DNA of 40,949 nt from an uncultured Oscillospiraceae bacterium (GTDB taxonomy: Bacteria; Bacillota; Clostridia; Oscillospirales; Oscillospiraceae), in NCBI GenBank assembly GCA_964604925.1, contig CAZSAZ010000001.1, positions 1-40,949 of the forward strand, written 5' to 3'. This document shows, one piece after another, positions 17,536-26,956 of the stretch (within the stretch, counting starts at the first letter, position 1; every line of letters starts with the position of its first letter). A model generated the notes under the pieces. It ran no database searches, was not told the origin of the DNA, and saw only the letters and a program-made list of their open reading frames with translations. The position numbers were made by a program, and so were the translations under genes.

Positions 17536-19074
17536 ATGAAAATAAACGGAGAACGATGGAACAGGGGATTGGGAGAAGCCCGCTTTTGGTATATCATGCT
17601 GTATATGATTTACACTGGTGTATTTTCCTTGACGCCCATCCGTAGTTGGATGGAGGGTGGGAGCGTGAATGGCCTGGTATATGCGTTGCTTGCCGGCGTG
17701 GGAGGGCTGCTGTTGTTGGTGGACTTTTTCCATGACCAGGTGATGTTTTCCCGGAAACACTCCATTTTGCTGGTGGCCTTTGTGGTGGCCATGGGAATTT
17801 CTACCCTGTGTAACGCAAGCTATGGCATCACCAGCAATCTGAAAACCACGGTGTGGACCGCGATTCAGATGTTCCTGCTTCTGTGCATTGACACTCGCCA
17901 ACCCAAAGAGCGGATGTTCCGCCAGTTCCGGATTTTTGGAGAGACCTTCTGCGGCGTGTGGACGGTGGCAGTGTGCTACTCTCTTTGGATGTATTTGGCC
18001 CAGGTGGCTGGGGTGTATCACTTCCATGATGTAGCCTACGGTGTTCGTACCGGATTTGTGGACAGCCGGTTGTTCGGTGTGTTTTCTGACCCCAATTACG
18101 CTTCCATGACCAGTTTGGCGGCGATGGGATTGCTCACCCTGTTTTTGACCCGGCCTGGAAGAAGCTTGGGGTGGCGGATCTATTACAGCGTCAGTCTGGT
18201 GTTACAAATGTGCTATGTGATTCTCTCTGGTTCCAGAACGGCAGAGTTGGCTTTGGCGGGAAGTTGTGCCGTGGTGGTGGGCTTCCTGGCCTGGTGCTGG
18301 GTGGAACGGAAGGGTGAGCGGAGAATCTTGCGGTTGCTGGCGGCGGTGCTGGGGGCTGTGCTCAGTGTGGCACTGGTCTTTGGCCTGTTTTCTCTAGGAA
18401 AAACCGGCCTGAGTTATGCACCCCATGCGTATCAAACCATCTTTCCCACGGAAACCACCAACGGCGAGCAGACCATTCCTTCCAATCGGGAGGAGGAAAC
18501 GGTGGCAACTACTCCGAACCGGGTGGATCTGACCCGGGGTGATGTGGTAGATTCGGCGGATTTTTCCAACAACCGGTTCCAAATCTGGTCGGACTATTTG
18601 AAGGTGTTTGCAACCACCCCCATTGTGGGTACCTCTCCAAGAAACCCCAATGCCTATGTCATGGACCATTTTGACAATCTTTATATCAATCAAAAGCAGT
18701 ATTCCGTCCACAATAGCTACCTGGTGGTGTTGGTATGTACAGGCATTTTAGGTGCTGTGCCCATGGCATTGTGGTTGGTGCTGGTGGTGGTAGACGTGCT
18801 GGGCTACCTGATTCGCCGGAGAAACAGCCGGGATGAATATTATCCTTTGGTGCTGGGACTCACCGGTGTGATGGCGGCACTGGCCATTGGCGCATTCCCC
18901 TTGCTGTACCTGTTCTTCAGCAACATGGTGCTGGATGTGATCTTCTGGGTTTTGCTGGGATACACCCTGAGCTTTATCCGGATGAGCGAACCGGAGAACG
19001 ATAAGCCCTCGCTGGCTCGGAACCTGACGCGGAAGCTGCTGAGAAAAAAAGGAGATTCTCTTCATGGATGCTGA
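17536..19074 (+). CDS. O-antigen ligase / Wzy-like multi-TM protein (ligase or polymerase)
   Basis: About 12 TM segments; RLFGVFSDPNY, LSGSRT, NNRFQIW and HNSYL...GILG motifs with a large extracytoplasmic loop. Confidence 0.82.
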   Translation: MKINGERWNRGLGEARFWYIMLYMIYTGVFSLTPIRSWMEGGSVNGLVYALLAGVGGLLLLVDFFHDQVMFSRKHSILLVAFVVAMGISTLCNASYGITSNLKTTVWTAIQMFLLLCIDTRQPKERMFRQFRIFGETFCGVWTVAVCYSLWMYLAQVAGVYHFHDVAYGVRTGFVDSRLFGVFSDPNYASMTSLAAMGLLTLFLTRPGRSLGWRIYYSVSLVLQMCYVILSGSRTAELALAGSCAVVVGFLAWCWVERKGERRILRLLAAVLGAVLSVALVFGLFSLGKTGLSYAPHAYQTIFPTETTNGEQTIPSNREEETVATTPNRVDLTRGDVVDSADFSNNRFQIWSDYLKVFATTPIVGTSPRNPNAYVMDHFDNLYINQKQYSVHNSYLVVLVCTGILGAVPMALWLVLVVVDVLGYLIRRRNSRDEYYPLVLGLTGVMAALAIGAFPLLYLFFSNMVLDVIFWVLLGYTLSFIRMSEPENDKPSLARNLTRKLLRKKGDSLHGC

Positions 19075-20527
19075 GAAAAACGAAGCGCTGAAACGGAAAG
19101 CGGTGGGCGGCGTACTTTGGAAACTGGCGGAGCGTGGCTGCGCCCAGGTGGTTTCCCTGGTGGTTTCCATTGTGCTGGCCCGGCTGCTGATGCCGGAGGA
19201 TTATGCCGTGGTGAGCATTGTCACCATCTTCTTCACATTTTGCAATGTGTTGATTTCCGGTGGATTGAACACGGCGCTGATTCAGAAAAAAGACGCAGAT
19301 GCGGAGGATTACTCCGCAGTGCTTATGATGTCCATGACCATTGCAGGGATTCTGTATGGCCTGATGTTCTTCCTGGCCCCCACCATTGCCCGACTGTATG
19401 AAAAATCCCAGTTGGTGTCGGTGATTCGGGTTATGGGACTGACATTCTTCATCAATGCGGTGAAGTCGGTGCTCAGTGCCTACACGTCCAATCATTTGCA
19501 GTTCCGGAAGTTTTTCTTCTCCACCATCATTGGAACGGTGATTTCCGCTGGGGTGGGAATTGGAATGGCACTTCATGGAATGGGGGCCTGGGCACTGGTG
19601 GCCCAGCAAATGACCAACAGCTTCATCGATACGCTGGTGCTGTTGGTCACCACCCGGATTCGCTTTGTCCGGGTGAAGAACATCAAACGGATTAAGCCAT
19701 TGTTTGACTACGGCTGGAAGGTCTTTGTTTCCAGCATCGTCACCGTGGCCTACGACCAGATCAATCCCTTGATCGTGGGTCTGAAATTTACCGATGCCGA
19801 CCTGGCCTTCTATTCCAAGGGAAAGAGTTTCCCGGGATTGATCAACTCCACCATTTCTGATACCTTAGCGGCGGTGCTGTTTCCGGTGATGAGCAAAGTG
19901 CAGGACAACACCCGGGAGATTTTGGCTCTGACCCGGCGGTATGTCCGGACAGCTAGCTATGTGATCTTCCCCATGATGGTGGGATTTGCCATGGTGGCAG
20001 AGAGCTTTGTCCAGGTGGTGCTGACGGAAAAGTGGATGGATGCGGCACCCTATATTCAGATTTTTGCCCTGGCGTATATGTTTGACATGATCAACGTGGG
20101 CAATTTGCAAGCAATCAAGGCCATTGGCCGGAGTGATATCTCCCTGATTTTGGAGATTTTGAAGAAGAGTGCCTATTTTGTGATAGTGGCATTGTTTGTC
20201 TTTTTGACAGACAGCCCGGAGGCCTTGGCTCTGTCGGCCGTTTTGTGTACCTGTGTGGCATTGCTCATCAATACCTTTCCCAACCGGAAACTCATTGGCT
20301 ATCGCTATCGTTACCAGTTGATGGATGTGTTGCCCAATCTGGCATTGTCGTTGGTGATGGGGCTGGTGGTATATCTGGTGGGGAAACTGGCGTTGCCTGG
20401 TGTGGCGATTTTGGCCATTCAGGTTCTTTTGGGTATGGCGGTGTATGTGGCCATGAGCCTGCTGACCAAAAACGAGAGCTTCTTCTATTTGCTCCAGTAT
20501 ATCAAACGGTTTACGAAAAGAGGATAA
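19064..20527 (+). CDS. Wzx-type polysaccharide flippase (MOP family)
   Basis: IVLARLLMPEDY, GLNTALIQKK, VLFPVMSKVQ, VLTEKW and KAIGRSD; 12-14 TM segments. Confidence 0.9.
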   Translation: MDAEKNEALKRKAVGGVLWKLAERGCAQVVSLVVSIVLARLLMPEDYAVVSIVTIFFTFCNVLISGGLNTALIQKKDADAEDYSAVLMMSMTIAGILYGLMFFLAPTIARLYEKSQLVSVIRVMGLTFFINAVKSVLSAYTSNHLQFRKFFFSTIIGTVISAGVGIGMALHGMGAWALVAQQMTNSFIDTLVLLVTTRIRFVRVKNIKRIKPLFDYGWKVFVSSIVTVAYDQINPLIVGLKFTDADLAFYSKGKSFPGLINSTISDTLAAVLFPVMSKVQDNTREILALTRRYVRTASYVIFPMMVGFAMVAESFVQVVLTEKWMDAAPYIQIFALAYMFDMINVGNLQAIKAIGRSDISLILEILKKSAYFVIVALFVFLTDSPEALALSAVLCTCVALLINTFPNRKLIGYRYRYQLMDVLPNLALSLVMGLVVYLVGKLALPGVAILAIQVLLGMAVYVAMSLLTKNESFFYLLQYIKRFTKRG

Positions 20528-20531
20528 CCCC

Positions 20532-21659
20532 ATGGGTGGTATCAAACAAGTTGTAAAGAAAATCATTCGGAGCCTTCCGGGCAAACAATACATTGTTCTG
20601 GAAAGCTATCCCGATTTATGCGATAATACCAAGCCGGTGTTTGACGAACTCCTTGCCAGAGGCTATGACAAAGCGTATACCTTTGTCTGGTGGGTGAAGG
20701 ATCAAAATGCTTCTTTGCCCCAATTCCCCAATACGGTGTATGTGGATGAGAAAACCTGGTTTCACCGAATGAAGAAAACCTGGTGTTGTCTCCGGGCAAA
20801 AAGCCTGATTTGCTGCAATCAGTTTCTTCATTCCTCCCTGGATGAGATTCCTTCTTTTTATCTCACCCACGGAACCACCATCAAAAAACTCCCGGGCTAC
20901 GCCCTGCCGGAGGATATTACCTATACCATCCTGGCATCGGAGGGGGTTCGGGGATTTATGGCAGAGGCACTGGAAGCCTCGGAAGATCGGTTTTATCCCC
21001 TGGGATATCCGAGAAACGATGTGTTTTTCCAGAAAAAGGTGGATCTGAAGCCTCTGTTTCCCGGCAACTATGAAAAAATCCTGGTGTGGTATCCCACCTT
21101 CCGGCAACACCGGAACGGATTGAAAACCGATGCAGTTAATGCTCTGCCCATCATCCACGATCAGCGCAAAGCAAAGGAATTGAACCGCATTGCCCGGGAA
21201 GAGGGGGTGCTGCTGGTACTCAAGCCCCATTTTGCCCAGGATGTGAGTTATGTCCAAAGTCTGAACCTTTCCAACATCCGATTCATTGACGATTCCTTCT
21301 TCGCGGAACACGGCATTACGTCCTATGAATTTGTGGGAAGCTGCGACGGCATGATTACGGATTATTCCTCCATTTACTATGATTTTCTCCTGTGTGACAA
21401 GCCGGTGGCGGTGGTGTGGGAGGATCTGGAGGAGTACCGCCAGAACCCTGGCATTGCCGTGGATTTGGATTACTATCTGAAAGGCGCGGAGAAGATCTAC
21501 ACCCTGGAGGATTTTGGGGTGTTTCTCCGGAATGTGGCTCGGAACCTCGATCCCCTTCAGGCTCAGCGCAGGGAAATCTGCCCTGTGGTGAACTGCGACA
21601 CCGACGGTTCCAGCACCCAGCGGGTGACGGATTTCATCGTGGAAAAGTCCGGGCTATAA
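20532..21659 (+). CDS. CDP-glycerol/CDP-ribitol phosphotransferase (TagB/TagF/TarL family)
   Basis: THGTTIKK, LGYPRND, WYPTFR, KPHF, ITDYSSIYYDF and DGSSTQRV. Confidence 0.9.
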   Translation: MGGIKQVVKKIIRSLPGKQYIVLESYPDLCDNTKPVFDELLARGYDKAYTFVWWVKDQNASLPQFPNTVYVDEKTWFHRMKKTWCCLRAKSLICCNQFLHSSLDEIPSFYLTHGTTIKKLPGYALPEDITYTILASEGVRGFMAEALEASEDRFYPLGYPRNDVFFQKKVDLKPLFPGNYEKILVWYPTFRQHRNGLKTDAVNALPIIHDQRKAKELNRIAREEGVLLVLKPHFAQDVSYVQSLNLSNIRFIDDSFFAEHGITSYEFVGSCDGMITDYSSIYYDFLLCDKPVAVVWEDLEEYRQNPGIAVDLDYYLKGAEKIYTLEDFGVFLRNVARNLDPLQAQRREICPVVNCDTDGSSTQRVTDFIVEKSGL

Positions 21660-21674
21660 CGGAGGGCAAAAGGG

Positions 21675-22766
21675 ATGATGATCCTGTTTTTAGGGTATGT
21701 CGCCCTGTGCCTGTGGGGTCTGGGTCTGAATCGAAGAAAGGGGGAGCTGGAGGATTACCTCAGCCTGGAGCGCACACAATGCGTCAAAGGCGTGTTTATT
21801 ATGTTGGTATTCTTCAGCCACTTCAATTCCTATGTTACCTACGACAAGGCTTGGGATTTGGCCTATCAGGCAGTGGTTCGATCCTTTGGCCAGGGAATGG
21901 TAACCCTCTTTTTGCTCTATTCCGGATATGCCGTGACGGTTTCCGCAGCAAGGAAGGGGATGGGGTATGTCAAGTCCATGCCCTGGAAACGAATGGGGGG
22001 AACCTTGTTCCAGTTTGACTGTGCCGTGGTAGGATATATGCTATTGGGCCCGGAAGGGAGCCTGACCTGGAAAAAGGGAGTGTTGTCCCTGATCGGTTGG
22101 GAGTCTGTGGGAAACTCCAATTGGTATATTTTCGTGATTCTGGTGCTGTACGCCTTGAGTTATCTGGCTTTTCGGGTACTGGGGACGGAGCGAAAAGTTC
22201 CGGTTGCCTGGATGGTGCTGGTGCTGACGGCAGGATTGGTGATCGGCTGTCATCGCTACGGCTGGCGGCCCAGCTGGTGGTATGATACCGCTTTATGTTA
22301 CCCCATGGGAATGTTGTGGGCGGCTTATCGGGAGAAAATCGACAAGGCCGTTCAGAACCATGGCTGGCTTTATTTGCTGGTGCTGGTCTTGGGCGTGACT
22401 GGGGTATATGTGCTGAAATTCCGTCTGTCCGGCTCCATGGCCCATACCATCGTGACCCATCTGGTGTTTACCGGAACGGTGGTGCTGGCGACGATGAAGC
22501 TGAAGGTGGGAAACCCGGTGCTGCAATGGCTGGGCAAGTATCTGTTCGAGATCTACATTCTTCAACGCATCCCCATGATTTTGGGCAAGCGTTGGGGATT
22601 TGCTGAAAAAAATATCTATTTGTATGTCCTATTCTGTCTGGTTGTGACCCTGGTGCTTTCCCCCTTGTTTCGCAGGGGGGTGTCCTGGCTGTGGGGGTTG
22701 GTGAGCCGGGGGACGGGATCCCTTTTTCTCCGGGGGAATCGGAGCAGTTTCGAAAAGGAGCGATAA
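21675..22766 (+). CDS. Acyltransferase-3 family membrane O-acyltransferase
   Basis: KGVFIMLVFFSH, FLLYSGY, NWYI and LGKYLFEIYILQ; about 10 TM segments. Confidence 0.8.
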   Translation: MMILFLGYVALCLWGLGLNRRKGELEDYLSLERTQCVKGVFIMLVFFSHFNSYVTYDKAWDLAYQAVVRSFGQGMVTLFLLYSGYAVTVSAARKGMGYVKSMPWKRMGGTLFQFDCAVVGYMLLGPEGSLTWKKGVLSLIGWESVGNSNWYIFVILVLYALSYLAFRVLGTERKVPVAWMVLVLTAGLVIGCHRYGWRPSWWYDTALCYPMGMLWAAYREKIDKAVQNHGWLYLLVLVLGVTGVYVLKFRLSGSMAHTIVTHLVFTGTVVLATMKLKVGNPVLQWLGKYLFEIYILQRIPMILGKRWGFAEKNIYLYVLFCLVVTLVLSPLFRRGVSWLWGLVSRGTGSLFLRGNRSSFEKER

Positions 22767-22769
22767 AAT

Positions 22770-23486
22770 ATGGTTTTTGCCGCAATTTTGGCTGGGGGCG
22801 TTGGCTCCCGGATGCACATGGCGGATATGCCCAAGCAGTTTCTGCCCCTGGGCAACAAGCCGGTGATCATCCACACCTTGGAAAAATTCCTGCTGTGCCG
22901 GGATTTTGACCAGGTTTACCTGGGTGTCCACCCGGATTGGGTGGGGTATATGAATGACCTGGTGGAGCGGTATGTCCCCGGCCAGGAAGCTCGGATCACC
23001 GTGGTGGCAGGTGGTTCCGACCGGAACAGCACCATCTTCAACATTGTGGATGCCATCGAGGAGAGTTATGGCCCTTCGGAAGATCACATCATTGTCACCC
23101 ACGATTCGGTTCGTCCCTTCGTCACCTTGCGGATGATTGAGGAGAACATCGCCGGAGCAAAAGCCCATGGTGCGGTGGATACGGTGGTTCCTGCTGTGGA
23201 TACTATTGTGGTCTCCCAGGACGGAACGCTGATTTCCAACATCCCCGACCGGGCTCAGATGTACCAGGGACAGACCCCCCAGAGCTTCCGCATCCAGGTG
23301 TTGAAGAAACTGTATGCTTCGCTGTCCCAGGAGGAAAAGAAAATCCTCACCGATGCCTGCAAAATTTGTGTGGTTCGGGATTATCCCGTGCATCTGGTGA
23401 TGGGTTCCACCACCAATTTGAAGATCACCACCCCGGGGGACTACAAGATCGCCCAGGCCATGGTGGGAGGACACATCGGTGATTAA
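22770..23486 (+). CDS. tarI: Ribitol-5-phosphate cytidylyltransferase
   Basis: ILAGGVGSRM...PKQFL, THDSVRPF, QGQTPQSF, ILTDACKI, NLKITT; translationally coupled to tarJ. Confidence 0.88.
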   Translation: MVFAAILAGGVGSRMHMADMPKQFLPLGNKPVIIHTLEKFLLCRDFDQVYLGVHPDWVGYMNDLVERYVPGQEARITVVAGGSDRNSTIFNIVDAIEESYGPSEDHIIVTHDSVRPFVTLRMIEENIAGAKAHGAVDTVVPAVDTIVVSQDGTLISNIPDRAQMYQGQTPQSFRIQVLKKLYASLSQEEKKILTDACKICVVRDYPVHLVMGSTTNLKITTPGDYKIAQAMVGGHIGD

Positions 23487-24492
23487 TCAGGTTTATCAGT
23501 TGGTGGCGCCCAAGGTGTTCTCGGTGAAATACGAGGATTTGTCCTATGGGGACAAGGTGTTGGTGCGTCCGGAATATATGGCAGTATGCCATGCAGATCA
23601 GCGGTATTATCTGGGACAGCGGGACATGGAGACCCTCCACAAGAAGCTGCCCATGGCCTTGATTCATGAGTGCTGTGGCCGGGTGGTGTATGACCCTGCC
23701 GGGAAACTCCAGCCGGGACAGTCGGTGGTGATGATTCCCAACACCCCTCTGGGGGATAGCGGCCCTATTTACGAAAACTATGCCAAAGGATCCTATTTCC
23801 TCTCCAGCGGCCATGATGGCTTCATGCGGGAAATTGTGGCCATTGATGCAGACCGGGTGGTTGCCTATAACGGTGTGCCTGCCTCCATTGCCGCCATTAC
23901 GGAGTTTATCAGTGTGGCAGTCCATGCGGCGACTCGCTTTGACCGGGTGGCCCATGAGATTCGGGATCGGATCGGCATTTGGGGAGATGGCAGTCTGGCC
24001 TATGTGGTGGCAAATGTGCTGCTGGCCAAGTTCCCGAAGAGTAAAATCGTGGTCATCGGCCGGGACAGCCGGAAGCTGGCGCAGTTCTCCTTTGTCCATG
24101 AGACACATCTTTCCAGTGCCATTCCCCAGGATTTTGTGGTGGATCACGCCTTTGAGTGCTGCGGCGGAGAGGGAAGCTACTACGCCATTGAGGATGTGAT
24201 TCGCTATATCAATCCCCAGGGCACGTTGATGCTCATGGGTGTCAGCGAGAACAAGGTGGCAATCAATACACGAATGGTGCTGGAAAAGGGTATGACCCTG
24301 GTGGGATGTTCCCGTTCCGGCCGGGTGGATTTTGAACAGGCAGTGACGCTGCTGAACAATCCCAAGTTTCAGAAGCGGTTGAAGATCATCATCTTCCAGG
24401 ACGATCCGGTGCGTTCTATCCAGGATCTCCATCGGGTGTTCCGCAATGATTTGACCACCCCCTTCAAAACCGTGTTCCGGTGGGAACTGTAA
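23479..24492 (+). CDS. tarJ: Ribulose-5-phosphate reductase (Zn-dependent alcohol dehydrogenase family)
   Basis: MINQVYQL, CHADQRYY, KKLPMALIHE, GDGSL, NTRMVLEKG and KTVFRW are characteristic of TarJ; GTG start. Confidence 0.92.
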   Translation: MINQVYQLVAPKVFSVKYEDLSYGDKVLVRPEYMAVCHADQRYYLGQRDMETLHKKLPMALIHECCGRVVYDPAGKLQPGQSVVMIPNTPLGDSGPIYENYAKGSYFLSSGHDGFMREIVAIDADRVVAYNGVPASIAAITEFISVAVHAATRFDRVAHEIRDRIGIWGDGSLAYVVANVLLAKFPKSKIVVIGRDSRKLAQFSFVHETHLSSAIPQDFVVDHAFECCGGEGSYYAIEDVIRYINPQGTLMLMGVSENKVAINTRMVLEKGMTLVGCSRSGRVDFEQAVTLLNNPKFQKRLKIIIFQDDPVRSIQDLHRVFRNDLTTPFKTVFRWEL

Positions 24493-24511
24493 AAAATAAG
24501 ATCGAAATGAT

Positions 24512-24547
24512 GGGAGCGGTCAAAAAATGGGCCGCTCCCCCTTTTTT
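24512..24547 (+). terminator. Intrinsic terminator of the glycopolymer operon
   Basis: GGGAGCGGTC-loop-GGCCGCTCCC followed by TTTTTT. Confidence 0.75.
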
Positions 24548-24578
24548 CGGAAGAAATGGGTTCCGAGCCGGCCGGGGG

Positions 24579-24607
24579 TTGCGGATTGTGTCCCGGTGTG
24601 GTATGAT
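24579..24607 (+). promoter_or_regulatory. Probable sigma-A promoter of the fem-alr operon
   Basis: TTGCGG-17 bp-TATGAT with extended TG. Confidence 0.55.
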
Positions 24608-24656
24608 AATATAGAAAAAGAAGAAACTACCCATGAGAAATGGAGAAAGATCGGAT

Positions 24657-25718
24657 ATGTACGAATTGATTACCGAGGCAACCAAGGCGGAATACGAAGC
24701 CTTTATCCAGTCCCATCCCCAGGGACATTTTGCCCAGAGCCACCTGTGGGGTGCCCAGAAAACCGCCTGGAAGTTCCAGGCTTTGGTGGTGCGGGGAGAT
24801 GACGGAGCAATCAAAGGCTCCATTGGCGTTCTGATTCGGAAAGCACCGGTGTTCCCGGTGTCCATGCTCTACATCTGCCGAGGGCCGGTGTGCGATTTGA
24901 CGGATACCCAGACGCTATGCCAGTTGGTGGAGGGGGCCAAGGCGTTGGCCAAGGAACACCATGGCTACGTCATCAAGGTTGATCCCTATGTTCCGGTGAC
25001 GAATACGGCCTTCCGGAAGGAACTGGAGCATCTGGGCTTCCGGTGTATGCAGGAGGGCAAGAACTTCGAAGGTATCCAGCCCCGGTTTGTGATGCACCTG
25101 GACGTGGAGGGCAAGACGGAGGAGGAGATTCTGGCTTCCTTTACCCAGTCTCACCGGAGAAAGGTGCGTACCGGTCCGAAAAAGGGTGTGGAAGTTCGGA
25201 TTTGCGGTCAAGAGATGATCCCGGAATTCACCCGGATCATGGTGGAGACCGGCCTGCGGGACAACTTTGTAACCCGGGATGAGGCATATTTTTCCAATAT
25301 GCTGAAAAACCTGGGGGAGCATTGCCGGCTGTATATGGCCTTTTGTGAAGGGGAGCCCATTGCCGGCACCTTGGCCATTTGGTTCGGGGATAAGGTTTGG
25401 TATCTTTACGGTGCCAGTTCCAACAATCGCCGGGAGACCATGCCCAACTATATGCTCCAGTGGGAAATGATCCGCTGGGCCATTGAGAAAAAGTGCCGGA
25501 TTTACGACTTCCGGGGGGTTTCCGGAGATTTGACCGAGGACAATCCCCTTTATGGTCTGTATAAGTTTAAGAAGGGCTTCAACAGTGAGTTGGTGGAGTT
25601 CATCGGGGAGTTCGACCTGGTGATTAGCCCATTCTGGTATCAGACCATTAAGTTGGCGACCAAGGCCTACAGCAAGGTGAAGGTTGCCCGTTATCTGTTG
25701 AAAAATAAGAAAAGCTAA
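24657..25718 (+). CDS. FemABX/MurM-family aminoacyl-tRNA-dependent peptidyltransferase
   Basis: HFAQSHLWG..K..W, YICRGPV, IKVDP, IQPR, YLYGAS, YDFRG and GLYKFKKGF..E..EFIGEFD; alternative ATG at 24633. Confidence 0.9.
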   Translation: MYELITEATKAEYEAFIQSHPQGHFAQSHLWGAQKTAWKFQALVVRGDDGAIKGSIGVLIRKAPVFPVSMLYICRGPVCDLTDTQTLCQLVEGAKALAKEHHGYVIKVDPYVPVTNTAFRKELEHLGFRCMQEGKNFEGIQPRFVMHLDVEGKTEEEILASFTQSHRRKVRTGPKKGVEVRICGQEMIPEFTRIMVETGLRDNFVTRDEAYFSNMLKNLGEHCRLYMAFCEGEPIAGTLAIWFGDKVWYLYGASSNNRRETMPNYMLQWEMIRWAIEKKCRIYDFRGVSGDLTEDNPLYGLYKFKKGFNSELVEFIGEFDLVISPFWYQTIKLATKAYSKVKVARYLLKNKKS

Positions 25719-25745
25719 GGCATCACAGAAAAAGGAGGGCCCCTG

Positions 25746-26831
25746 ATGAAACGCTATGTGGTGGATCAGGACGGGTTGAGAGACAATGTCCGGCTGCTTC
25801 TGGAAAAGGCTGGGGATAAAACTCTTTGGGCTGTGCTCAAGGGGGATGGTTACGGCTTGGGATTGGTGCCCATGGCACGGTTGCTTCGTCAATGGGGCGT
25901 GGATCATTTTGCTGTAACAGAGGTTCGGGAAGTACAGGCATTGCGAGAAGATGGATTTGACGGTTCCGTTTTGATGATGGAAGGGACTTGCAATCCCCAG
26001 GAAGTTCAGACTCTTCTGGAACTGGGAGCCATTTTAACCATCGGTTCCCAGGAAGATGCCTGGATTGCCGATGAACTGGCCAGAAAGATGGGGTGTTTGG
26101 CTCCGGTTCACGGGAAAATCGATACAGGCATGGGTCGCTATGGATTTTTGCCCAGCCAGGTGGATGTCCTGGCAGCATTGTATCGGGAATGTTCCCATTT
26201 GTCCTTTTCTGGAATCTACACCCACTTTTATAACTCCAGCGAACCGGTTCCCACGCAGGCCCAGTTCCGCCGGTTCCAAGGCGTTTTGGCGCAGCTTCGG
26301 GAGAAGGGATTGGAACTGGGAATGGTTCATTGCTGCAATTCCTCGGCTTTTTTGAAGTACCCCGAAATGCACTGCGACGGCGTGCGGGTGGGTTCTGCCC
26401 TGCTGGGGCGGGTGACCATCGGCGGCGACACAGGATTGCATCGAATCGGAGATTGTCAGGCGGAGTTGGAGGAGATCCGAACCATCCCCGCGGGACATAC
26501 AGTGGGTTATGGTGCAGGGTGGAAGGCCCGGCGGGAGACCCGGATTGGGGTGCTCTCTGTGGGATATTTCCACGGCTTTGCAGTGGATCGGGGATATGAT
26601 TTGTGGCGTTGGCAGGATTGTGCCCGGGGTGTTGCGCGATATGTCAAAGCCTTTCTCCAGCGTCGGGCACTGTACGTCACCGTCAATGGAAAGCCTTGCC
26701 GGGTGCTGGGCCATGTGGGCATGGTGAATATGGTCATCGACATCACCGACTGCGACTGCGCATTGGGGGACCTGGCCCATGTCAACATCAATCCCCTTTT
26801 GCTCAAGGGTGTGGAAATCCAGTACCTTTAA
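25746..26831 (+). CDS. alr: Alanine racemase-family PLP enzyme (atypical)
   Basis: AVLKGDGYGLG (PLP lysine), KIDTGMGRYG, GIYTHF, HCCNS, VRVG and VGYG (catalytic Tyr). Confidence 0.82.
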   Translation: MKRYVVDQDGLRDNVRLLLEKAGDKTLWAVLKGDGYGLGLVPMARLLRQWGVDHFAVTEVREVQALREDGFDGSVLMMEGTCNPQEVQTLLELGAILTIGSQEDAWIADELARKMGCLAPVHGKIDTGMGRYGFLPSQVDVLAALYRECSHLSFSGIYTHFYNSSEPVPTQAQFRRFQGVLAQLREKGLELGMVHCCNSSAFLKYPEMHCDGVRVGSALLGRVTIGGDTGLHRIGDCQAELEEIRTIPAGHTVGYGAGWKARRETRIGVLSVGYFHGFAVDRGYDLWRWQDCARGVARYVKAFLQRRALYVTVNGKPCRVLGHVGMVNMVIDITDCDCALGDLAHVNINPLLLKGVEIQYL

Positions 26832-26845
26832 GAACAATATTCCGG

Positions 26846-26873
26846 AAAAGCACGTCATTTGACGTGCTTTTTT
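26846..26873 (+). terminator. Intrinsic terminator
   Basis: AAAAGCACGTC-attt-GACGTGCTTTTTT. Confidence 0.8.
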
Positions 26874-26956
26874 GGTTCTGGGAAATGAAATTTCGATGGG
26901 ATTCCCCTGGGGTTCTGGGTAGAATGGTGGCAATGCTGACGAAAGGGGAATGTGCC

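Noticed and set aside
22770-23486. Annotation as ispD (MEP pathway)
   Set aside because: Coupling to tarJ inside a glycopolymer operon and the TarI-type motifs (THDSVRPF, ILTDACKI) favour CDP-ribitol synthesis.
26603-26956. N-terminal extensions given by the ORF track (also at 2489, 9405, 9987, 17383, 34010, 35491 and the minus-strand starts 2564, 7010, 31988)
   Set aside because: They run through upstream genes, terminators or promoters. SD-supported downstream starts match family N-termini better.
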